Shown here: one piece after another, positions 10,587 to 18,106 of the stretch
Position numbering within the stretch: position 1 is the first letter of the stretch
Layout: every line of letters starts with the position of its first letter
Source of the DNA: an uncultured bacterium
GTDB taxonomy: Bacteria; Patescibacteriota; Minisyncoccia; Phycocordibacterales; JAACPR01
Direction: 5' to 3'
Assembly (NCBI GenBank): GCA_937858275.1
Contig: CALLZK010000024.1
Span: 72,745-136,744 of the forward strand
DNA length: 64,000 nucleotides
The notes under the pieces: model-generated
What the model was told of the DNA's origin: nothing
Seen by the model: only the letters and a program-made list of their open reading frames with translations
Databases searched by the model: none
Translations under genes and position numbers: made by a program

Positions 10587-13500
10587 TTAATCCTTTTTTT
10601 CTTCTTCATCTTGTTTTTCAGCATGCTCTATATCAATGTCCAAACCAAGTCCTCTCATGTTATTAACTAATACATGGAAAGATGCTGGAATATTTGCTTC
10701 GGTAATAGGTCTTCCTTTTACAATCGCATCAAATGCAGAAGATCGACCAACAATATCATCTGATTTATAAGTCAGCATTTCTCTAAGTGTGTGTGCTGCT
10801 CCGTGACCCAAAAGTGCCCAGACTTCCATTTCTCCAAATCTCTGTCCACCATTTTGAGCTTTACCGCCAAGTGGTTGTTGTGTAATAAGTGAATAAGGTC
10901 CAATTGATCTCATGTGTATCTTGTCTTCAACCATGTGATGTAATTTCATCATATACATATATCCAACCGATATATCTTGTTCAAATTTTTCTCCAGTTCT
11001 ACCATCATACAACGGCATTTTTCCAGTTTCAGAAAAACCAGCTTCTTTTAATTCTTGTCTTATTTCTTCAGTAGTTGCACCGGCAAATGCTGGACAAATA
11101 GCTTGATAATTTAAAGAATTTGCAGCTAATCCAAGATGCAATTCTAAAATTTGACCAAGGTTCATACGACTTGGAACTCCAAGTGGTGTCAAAATTATAT
11201 CTACAGGTGTTCCGTCTTCTGTATATGGCATATCTTCTGCTGGTAAAATTTTTGATATAACACCTTTGTTTCCGTGTCTTCCAGCCAATTTGTCTCCGAC
11301 ACTAATTGGTCTTAGTTGTGCTATTTCAATATGAATTCTTTTTATAATTCCAGAATCTAATTTGTCTCCATTTTCACGAGAAAATATTTTTACCCCAACA
11401 ACCCTACCCCTCAAACCACCCTCGGCTCTTTTTGAAGAATCTTTTACATCTCTTGATTTGTCTCCAAATATTGATCTCAAAAGTCTTTCTTCTGGTGTTA
11501 ATTGTGTTTCACCTTTTGGGGTAATTTTTCCAACCAAAATATCACCCGGCCTAACTTCAGCACCGATTCTAATTATTCCGTCCTCATCTAGATTTTTTAA
11601 TCTTGAATCTCCAACATTTGGAATATCAGAAGTTGTTACTTCTGGACCAAGTCTTGTGTCACGAACATTCACAACAACCTCTTCCATATATATTGATGTC
11701 AAAACATCATCTTTTACAATTCTTTGAGATAAAATAATAGCATCTTCATAGTTTGATCCAGACCAAGACATGAAAGCAACTAAAAGATTTTTACCCAAAG
11801 CAATTTGTCCATTATCACTTGTTGTTGTGTCAGCAAGCAAATCTCCTTTTTTGACCCTATCTCCAACATTAACAATTGGTCTATGGCCGAAAACGGTAAA
11901 GCTGTTTGTTCTTCTTAGATTATCAAGTTCATAATCTGTATTTTTGCTTTTTCCAGTATTTATAGAAATCTTTCTAGCATCAACAAATTCAACAACACCA
12001 GCTTCTTCAGCTCTTATAACTCTGTTAGAATATTTTAAAGCTTCTTCTTCTCTTCCTGTAGCAACTAATGGTGCTTCAGTTTTCAAAACTGGCACAGCTT
12101 GTTTTTGCATGTTGGATGCCATCAGTGCCCTGTTTGCATCGTCATGATCAAGAAAGGGAATCATAGATGTTGCAATAGAAAATGCCTGATTTGGGGCAAC
12201 ATCGATAAAATCAACTTCTGTATTTTTTATAACATTTGGCATTCCATGCATACGGACAGTAATATATTTTTCAACAAAATTATTATTTTCATCTATTTTT
12301 ACAGCAGCATGAGCAATTGCATATTTTTCTTCTTCATGAGCATTCATGTATACAATTTGATTTGTAATTTTTCCATTTTCAACTTTTACATAAGGTGTTT
12401 CTATCATTCCGTATTTATTTGTTCTTGCATAACAAGACAAACGAAGAATCAAACCGATATTTTGTCCTTCTGGGGTTTGGATTGGACAAACTCTTCCGTA
12501 ATGAGATGGGTGCACATCACGAACTTCAAGTCCAGCTCTTTCTCTTGAAAGTCCTCCCGGACCCAATGCTGAAACTGTTCTCAAACTCTCTATTTCAACA
12601 AGCATGTTTTCTTGTTGTAAAAATTGAGATAGTTGATTTGTTGTAAAAAATTCTTTAATTCTGGCCTGAAGTGGTCTTGCGGTGACAAAGTTTGCCGGCA
12701 AAGTATTTGAATTATCAATTGTGGACATTCTATTTTGAATGTTTCTTTTCATTTGTGCCAAACCGACTCTAACTTTTTGTTGTAGTAATTCACCAACAAA
12801 TCTTACTCTTCTTGAACCCAAATGATCAATATCATCAGCTAAAGCATCTGGATTATGATTTAATTCAACAATGTGAGAAATAATAATTGCAATATCTTCT
12901 TTGTCTATGTTTTTTTTCTGCAATGCTTTTTTGTCTGTTGGTAAACCAAATCTATTATTAAATTTGAATCTTCCAACTTCTGACAAATCATATCTTTCTT
13001 CTGACAAAATAGAGTCAACAAACTCTCTTGCATTTTCAAGATTAATCAAATCTCCGTCTCTTAATCTTTTATAAACATCAAGATATGCAACATCAACTTC
13101 TTTTACAGAATCTTTGGCTAATGTTTTTTTGATAGCATCTATTGCTTTTTCTTTACCCTTAAATAAATTTAAAATATCTGAATCTGTATGTGCTCCCAAA
13201 ACTCTTAAAAATGTTGTGGCCAAAAATTTTCGATTTCTGTCTATTCTGACATATACAACATTGTCTTGATCTGTTTCAAATTCTATCCAAGCACCTCGTG
13301 ATGGAATAATTTTTGAACCAAACAAAATTCGTCCCCTGATCAAGTTTGTTGTGAATAACACACCGTATGATCTAGCCAATTGTGGCACAATAACTCTTTC
13401 GACTCCGTTTATAATAAAAGTACCGTGACGAGTCATGATTGGAAATTCAGTCAAAAATATATCTTGCTCTTTTTGTGTTCCCAAAACTTTATTTATAAGT

Positions 13501-13811
13501 TTTGCCCTAACCTTTAGAATTGCTTCGTATGTTAGATGATTAAATCTAGATTCTTTACTTGAAAGTTTTGGATCTTCAAAAATTAAATCGCCAAATTGCA
13601 ATTCATATTTTTTACCAGTGTAATCTTCGATTGAAGAAAATTCCTTGAAAACTTCTTTTAGACCGTCTTTCAATAATGCATTGAAAGATTCAATTTGTCC
13701 TTCAAAAAGATTTGGAAGTTCTAATGCTGGTTTTTTATATTTTGAAAAATATTTTTTTTCTCTTTGACCAACGGTCAACCCATCATCTTTAACAATTTTT
13801 GTTGACTTCAT
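10587..13811 (-). CDS. rpoB: DNA-directed RNA polymerase beta subunit RpoB
   Basis: 1074 aa with conserved beta-subunit blocks (GPGGLSRERAG, NMQRQAVP-like, RFGEMEVWAL). Confidence 0.97.
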   Translation of the reverse strand: MKSTKIVKDDGLTVGQREKKYFSKYKKPALELPNLFEGQIESFNALLKDGLKEVFKEFSSIEDYTGKKYELQFGDLIFEDPKLSSKESRFNHLTYEAILKVRAKLINKVLGTQKEQDIFLTEFPIMTRHGTFIINGVERVIVPQLARSYGVLFTTNLIRGRILFGSKIIPSRGAWIEFETDQDNVVYVRIDRNRKFLATTFLRVLGAHTDSDILNLFKGKEKAIDAIKKTLAKDSVKEVDVAYLDVYKRLRDGDLINLENAREFVDSILSEERYDLSEVGRFKFNNRFGLPTDKKALQKKNIDKEDIAIIISHIVELNHNPDALADDIDHLGSRRVRFVGELLQQKVRVGLAQMKRNIQNRMSTIDNSNTLPANFVTARPLQARIKEFFTTNQLSQFLQQENMLVEIESLRTVSALGPGGLSRERAGLEVRDVHPSHYGRVCPIQTPEGQNIGLILRLSCYARTNKYGMIETPYVKVENGKITNQIVYMNAHEEEKYAIAHAAVKIDENNNFVEKYITVRMHGMPNVIKNTEVDFIDVAPNQAFSIATSMIPFLDHDDANRALMASNMQKQAVPVLKTEAPLVATGREEEALKYSNRVIRAEEAGVVEFVDARKISINTGKSKNTDYELDNLRRTNSFTVFGHRPIVNVGDRVKKGDLLADTTTSDNGQIALGKNLLVAFMSWSGSNYEDAIILSQRIVKDDVLTSIYMEEVVVNVRDTRLGPEVTTSDIPNVGDSRLKNLDEDGIIRIGAEVRPGDILVGKITPKGETQLTPEERLLRSIFGDKSRDVKDSSKRAEGGLRGRVVGVKIFSRENGDKLDSGIIKRIHIEIAQLRPISVGDKLAGRHGNKGVISKILPAEDMPYTEDGTPVDIILTPLGVPSRMNLGQILELHLGLAANSLNYQAICPAFAGATTEEIRQELKEAGFSETGKMPLYDGRTGEKFEQDISVGYMYMMKLHHMVEDKIHMRSIGPYSLITQQPLGGKAQNGGQRFGEMEVWALLGHGAAHTLREMLTYKSDDIVGRSSAFDAIVKGRPITEANIPASFHVLVNNMRGLGLDIDIEHAEKQDEEEKKD

Positions 13812-14051
13812 ATTTTATTTTTATAAACACAAAAAAGTAGGCGGTCTCTTTTTTTATAGAGTTTTTCGCCCTCTCTTAAATTAATTATTTTTTATAATAT
13901 TCTAAAATCCGCATCTGCAGACTTTTTTATTTTTAATATTAAAAACCTAAAATCCGCGATTTCAACCAAAACTCAATCCCCAAAATAGCGTTAATTGATA
14001 GTCTAAATTATTTTTAAACTAATGTCAACTAGTTTTCCACACACGACATAA

Positions 14052-14729
14052 TTAATTTTTACTTTTCCACAACTCTATTTTCTTATGATTACCACTCAAT
14101 AAAACTTTTGGAACTTTATATTTTTTTCCCCAAAAATCCAAAATCTCTGGTCTGGTATAAACCTTATTTGAAGAAACCCTATCTTCTTCTCTTGATAATT
14201 CATTACCCAAAACACCGTCAATTTGTCTTGAGATACAATCAATCAAAATTAATGCCGGCAATTCCCCACCAGTCAAAACAAAAGGTCCAACTGATATTTT
14301 TTCTGTTTTAAAAATTTTATTTACCCTCTCATCAATTCCCTCATAACGACCACAAATTATAATTAAATCTGTTATTTTTGTTTTTTGAACAATTTTTTTG
14401 GCAAAATTTGTATCAAATAATTTTCCACCCGGTGTCAAGAAAATTATTTTAATTTTATTTGCACTATTCAGTTTTTTTGTTTTGTTTTTTTTAAAAACTA
14501 AATTTGATATTTTTTCAATTGCTTTAATAATTGGCTCTGCCTGAATTACCATTCCCGGCCCACCACCATACGGCTTTTGATCTATGCGACGATTTTTATC
14601 TTTGACAAAATCTCTTGGATTATAAAATTTTACATTGATTTTTTTATCAGAAATTGCTCGACCGATAATAGATTCGTTTATATAACCAGACATTGAATCT
14701 GGAAAAAGTGTTATGACATGAAAATTCAT
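14052..14729 (-). CDS. trmD: tRNA (guanine37-N1)-methyltransferase TrmD
   Basis: SPOUT-fold TrmD hallmarks: MNFHVITLFPD...YGGGPGMV...ICGRYEGIDERV...LTGGELPA. Confidence 0.9.
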   Translation of the reverse strand: MNFHVITLFPDSMSGYINESIIGRAISDKKINVKFYNPRDFVKDKNRRIDQKPYGGGPGMVIQAEPIIKAIEKISNLVFKKNKTKKLNSANKIKIIFLTPGGKLFDTNFAKKIVQKTKITDLIIICGRYEGIDERVNKIFKTEKISVGPFVLTGGELPALILIDCISRQIDGVLGNELSREEDRVSSNKVYTRPEILDFWGKKYKVPKVLLSGNHKKIELWKSKN

Positions 14730-14912
14730 ATTTAATAGATTAACTTAATTTACTAAAAAAGCAAAAGCAAATAAAAATAACCCTCTAGTTTTTATCGTTC
14801 CGGTCCTCGTTTCCTTTTTTCGTCAAGTTGCACTTGACTAAAAAAGACTGCGGAGGAACTTAAAAAACTTCGGGTTATTTTTATAATAATTTAGTTTTGA
14901 TTACAAATTAAA

Positions 14913-15221
14913 TTATATTTTTAATTCATCAATTGCCTCATCTACAGAAGTAGTAGATCTTTTTCCACCTTCTGGTTCGTTAATTTTTAGATTAACTCTG
15001 GCATTGTTTTTCATTCCAACAACTCTTAGCAAAGTTCTAATTGCTTTTGCTGTGTTGCCGTCTCTACCGATTATTTTTCCCATATCGGCAGAATTTACAT
15101 TCAAAGTTAGTAATACTCCCATTTCATCAACGGTTCTTTCAATCTTTACATCGTTTGGATTATCAACTAATGTTTTTACAACATATTCTAAAAATTGATA
15201 ATCAAGTTCTTTATCTGACAT
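14913..15221 (-). CDS. KH-domain RNA-binding protein (KhpA/YlqC-like)
   Basis: Single KH motif IGRDGNTAKAIRTLL. Sits at the canonical position between rpsP and trmD. Confidence 0.8.
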   Translation of the reverse strand: MSDKELDYQFLEYVVKTLVDNPNDVKIERTVDEMGVLLTLNVNSADMGKIIGRDGNTAKAIRTLLRVVGMKNNARVNLKINEPEGGKRSTTSVDEAIDELKI

Positions 15222-15320
15222 TTTTTTCTTTCGTTAAACCAATAATGGCAGCATCACCCTTGGTGAACTGCTTGAAATAATTATAATAAAAATAAAATCG
15301 TGAGTCAATTTTATTTTGCT

Positions 15321-15662
15321 TTATTTTGCTGGTTCTGGTGTTGGAGCTGGTGTTTGGCCTGCAACTTCTGGAGATTCTTTTTTTATAGGACTTTTCTTTG
15401 GTAAAACATTTATTTTTTTGCCAGAAATAATTTTTTTATTGATTAATAAATTATGAACTGTATCTGATAATTTTGCTCCGACAGAAATCCAATGTTTTAT
15501 ACGATCAGCATTCAACTTTGTTTCATTTTTATCTCGGGCATCATACGATCCAAGAACTTCTAGAAACTTTCCGCTTTTTGAACTATTTTTGGAATCAGTC
15601 AAAACAACACGAAAAGTTGGTTCGTTTTTCTTTCCTACTCTTTGTAATCTTATTGTTAACAT
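15321..15662 (-). CDS. rpsP: 30S ribosomal protein S16 with a low-complexity C-terminal extension
   Basis: MLTIRLQRVGKKNEPTFRVVL is a canonical S16 N-terminus. The six-frame ORF extends to 15701, but the internal ATG at 15660-15662 lies about 7 nt downstream of a TTGACT-17-TAATAT promoter. A leaderless start is therefore favoured. Confidence 0.8.
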   Translation of the reverse strand: MLTIRLQRVGKKNEPTFRVVLTDSKNSSKSGKFLEVLGSYDARDKNETKLNADRIKHWISVGAKLSDTVHNLLINKKIISGKKINVLPKKSPIKKESPEVAGQTPAPTPEPAK

Positions 15663-15669
15663 GGGGACC

Positions 15670-15698
15670 ATATTATCAATTATCTTTTGTCTAGTCAA
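15670..15698 (-). promoter_or_regulatory. Sigma-70-type promoter for rpsP (TTGACT-17 nt-TAATAT), leaderless configuration
   Basis: On the minus strand the sequence reads TTGACTAGACAAAAGATAATTGATAATAT followed by GGTCCCCATG. The -10 element overlaps the upstream in-frame ATG and no Shine-Dalgarno is present. Confidence 0.5.
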
Positions 15699-15721
15699 CA
15701 TAAATTTGGTAAAGTGTGTAA

Positions 15722-17686
15722 ATGATTAAAAAAGACAATAATACAAATTCAAAAAAAATTATAGAAGGAAAAATTACCACAACCGGAAAAGGACTTGGTT
15801 TTATAGCCAATTTTGATGATAAAGATGATGTTTTAATAGAAAAAAATGATTTAAAAACCGCATTAAATGGCGATAATGTAAGAGTTCAAATTTTACCAGA
15901 AGAAAAAGATGGTAGAACACTAGGAAAAGTTATTGCTGTTTTGGGAAGATTTAGAGAACAATTTGTGGGGACAGTTTTTAAAACTGAAAATATTTGTTTT
16001 GTAAAACCAGATAGTCACAAAATATATACAAATTTTTTATTATCAGATTCTGATATTTTGAAAGTGAAAAATAATGACAAGGTTTTGGTTAAATTTATAA
16101 AATGGGATGAAACAGATTCTGGTCCAACAGTTTCTGTTATAAAAATAATTGGAGAAAAAGGAAATCATGAAACAGAAATTCAATCTATAATTTTTGAAAA
16201 AGGATTTGATGCAAAATTTAAAATAGAAATAGAAAATGAGGCAAAAATTTTAAAAGAAAAATGGTCTCCTATTCCGCAAACAGAAATTGAAAAAAGAAAA
16301 GATTTGCGAAATGAAGATGTAATGACAATAGATCCTGTTGATGCAAAAGATTTTGATGATGCCTTACACATAAAAAAACTGCCTAATGGAAATTTTGAAA
16401 TTGGAATTCACATTGCTGATGTTTCTCATTTTGTAACACCAAATACGGCCCTAGACGAAGAAGCATATCAAAGAGGCTCTTCTGTTTATTTGGTTGATAG
16501 AACAATACCAATGTTACCAGAAATACTTTCAAACGATTTGTGTAGTCTAAACCCGAAAGAAGACAAGTTGGCATTTAGCTCTATTTTTGAAATGAATCAA
16601 AATGCAGAAATTATTTCTCGTTGGTTTGGAAAAACAATTATAAATTCCAAAAAAAGATTTACCTACGAAGAAGCACAAGCAATTTTGGATGCTGGTAGTG
16701 GAATATTTTATGAAGAACTAAATCAATTAAATATTTTAGCCAAAATCTTAAACAAAAGAAACAAAGAGGCTGGGGCAATTGAATTTGAAAAAGAAGAAAT
16801 AAAATTTGAACTGGATCAAAACGGCAGACCTATAAAAATAATAAAAAAAGAACCTTTAGAAACTCATAAATTAGTTGAAAATATGATGCTTTTATCAAAT
16901 CGTGAAGTGGCGAAATTTATTCATGACAAAGGTAAAAAATTTGGCGGAGATCAAAATGTTTTGATTTATCGAGTTCACTCTACACCCGACAAAGACAAAG
17001 TTAATGATTTGGTAAGTTTTGTAAAATTATTGGGTTATAATTTAAAATTAGAAAAAGATGGTGAACTTCGTGCCAGAAATCTCAATGATTTGTTTGAAAA
17101 AATTCAAGGCAGAGACGAAGAGCAGTTAATAAAATCTGTTGCAATCAAAACAATGAGCAAAGCCGTTTATGCAAATGAAAATTCTGGACATTTTGGTTTG
17201 GCATTTGAGTATTATACACATTTCACTTCACCCATCAGAAGATATCCCGATTTGTTGGTTCACAGAGTTTTGGCAAAATTTTTGGATGATAAAAAATTAG
17301 AAAAAAGTGAAATTATTAGATTAGAAAAAGGAGCAATTTTATCAACCGAAAGAGAAATATCGGCCGCTGAAGCAGAAAGAGAGTCCATAAAATATAAACA
17401 AGCAGAATACATGCAAGATCATATTGGTGAAGAATTTGAAGGTATAGTTTCTGGAGTTTCTCCGTGGGGGCTTTATGTTCAAATAAAAGAAACTTTATCT
17501 GAGGGCATGGTTCATATTTCAAAATTAGGAAATGATTATTTCAAATTAGATGAAGAAAAATATCAAATTGTAGGAGAAAAAACTGGACAAATTTTCCGAT
17601 TGAGTGATAAACTAATTGTAAAAATAGAATCTATTGATCTTGAAAGAAATAATATCAATATGGCAGTTATAAAAATCTTAAAATAA
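15722..17686 (+). CDS. rnr: Ribonuclease R / exoribonuclease II family (RNB domain plus C-terminal S1)
   Basis: RNB catalytic motifs DPVDAKDFDDALH and HFGLAFEYYTHFTSPIRRYPDLLVHR. C-terminal S1-like region GIVSGVSPWGLYVQI. Confidence 0.9.
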   Translation: MIKKDNNTNSKKIIEGKITTTGKGLGFIANFDDKDDVLIEKNDLKTALNGDNVRVQILPEEKDGRTLGKVIAVLGRFREQFVGTVFKTENICFVKPDSHKIYTNFLLSDSDILKVKNNDKVLVKFIKWDETDSGPTVSVIKIIGEKGNHETEIQSIIFEKGFDAKFKIEIENEAKILKEKWSPIPQTEIEKRKDLRNEDVMTIDPVDAKDFDDALHIKKLPNGNFEIGIHIADVSHFVTPNTALDEEAYQRGSSVYLVDRTIPMLPEILSNDLCSLNPKEDKLAFSSIFEMNQNAEIISRWFGKTIINSKKRFTYEEAQAILDAGSGIFYEELNQLNILAKILNKRNKEAGAIEFEKEEIKFELDQNGRPIKIIKKEPLETHKLVENMMLLSNREVAKFIHDKGKKFGGDQNVLIYRVHSTPDKDKVNDLVSFVKLLGYNLKLEKDGELRARNLNDLFEKIQGRDEEQLIKSVAIKTMSKAVYANENSGHFGLAFEYYTHFTSPIRRYPDLLVHRVLAKFLDDKKLEKSEIIRLEKGAILSTEREISAAEAERESIKYKQAEYMQDHIGEEFEGIVSGVSPWGLYVQIKETLSEGMVHISKLGNDYFKLDEEKYQIVGEKTGQIFRLSDKLIVKIESIDLERNNINMAVIKILK

Positions 17687-17693
17687 TTTTAAT

Positions 17694-17721
17694 TTGACAA
17701 AATTAAATAAAGAAATAATAT
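17694..17721 (+). promoter_or_regulatory. Predicted promoter TTGACA-16-TAATAT for the small Cys-rich gene
   Basis: TTGACA at 17694-17699 and TAATAT at 17716-17721. AAGGAG Shine-Dalgarno at 17746-17751, 7 nt before the GTG start. Confidence 0.45.
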
Positions 17722-17758
17722 ATTTATTTGAACCAGAACAAAAGAAAGGAGATTTGTA

Positions 17759-18040
17759 GTGAAAAAGCAATATTGCAGGAACAGAAACAAAAACGGGCAA
17801 CGGTGCTCTGGAAAAATAAATCACAGCATCGTTATTCCGATCAAGAAACGAATTCGAACAATTATTGCCGGTTGTCCGTGTGTAATCTGCGGTCTTGTGC
17901 ACTGTTTTAAGACCGGTCGTGTGGCAATTGATTTTGAACATGGTCGAATTTATCACAGACCAAAAATCAAAAAACAATTGCCGAAAAAAGGAATACGTTT
18001 TTGCAGACAGAAAGGGGGTTACAAATACGGTAACATATAA
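17759..18040 (+). CDS. Small highly basic Cys-rich protein (93 aa), function unknown; compositionally atypical gene
   Basis: GTG start with a strong Shine-Dalgarno. Seven Cys including the CPCVICGLVHC cluster. Local GC is about 40-48% against about 25% flanking. Own promoter and an intrinsic terminator. Confidence 0.5.
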   Translation: MKKQYCRNRNKNGQRCSGKINHSIVIPIKKRIRTIIAGCPCVICGLVHCFKTGRVAIDFEHGRIYHRPKIKKQLPKKGIRFCRQKGGYKYGNI

Positions 18041-18044
18041 AAAT

Positions 18045-18095
18045 GACGGGTGTGTTTCTCTGAGACGCACCCGTCTTCTATATTTTTATTTTTTT
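18045..18095 (+). terminator. Rho-independent terminator (GACGGGTG...CACCCGTC followed by a T-run)
   Basis: An 8-bp GC-rich stem followed by TTCTATATTTTTATTTTTTT. Confidence 0.7.
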
Positions 18096-18106
18096 AAAAT
18101 AAAAAT

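Noticed and set aside
12099-12548. A 149-aa plus-strand ORF inside rpoB, plus many other antisense ORFs of 60-135 aa inside rpoC, dnaE, clpB, gyrA, infB and ftsZ
   Set aside because: They are antisense to well-supported conserved genes with low-complexity Phe, Ile and Leu-rich translations, as is typical of AT-rich shadow frames.
14730-14912. Possible rimM remnant or small gene in the KH-trmD spacer
   Set aside because: No ORF over 30 codons with a start and Shine-Dalgarno. Only a short hairpin (GTCAAG...CTTGAC) without a flanking T-run. Most likely plain intergenic sequence.
17678-18070. Minus-strand 130-aa ORF overlapping the Cys-rich gene region
   Set aside because: It runs antisense through the promoter, Shine-Dalgarno and terminator of the better-supported plus-strand unit. 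No upstream signals of its own. Its Phe and Leu-rich composition suggests a shadow frame.
17690-18100. Possible RNase P RNA or other structured ncRNA in the GC-rich 400-bp rnr-smc spacer, which ends in a terminator hairpin
   Set aside because: No GGAAAGUCCGG (CR-I) motif and no convincing ACAGAAnnCGGCUUA (CR-V) motif; only a weak ACAGAAAGGGGGUUA resemblance. The region contains a Shine-Dalgarno-preceded 93-codon ORF in one frame, with promoter and terminator exactly bracketing it. A coding gene is more parsimonious. The RNA alternative stays open as a check.
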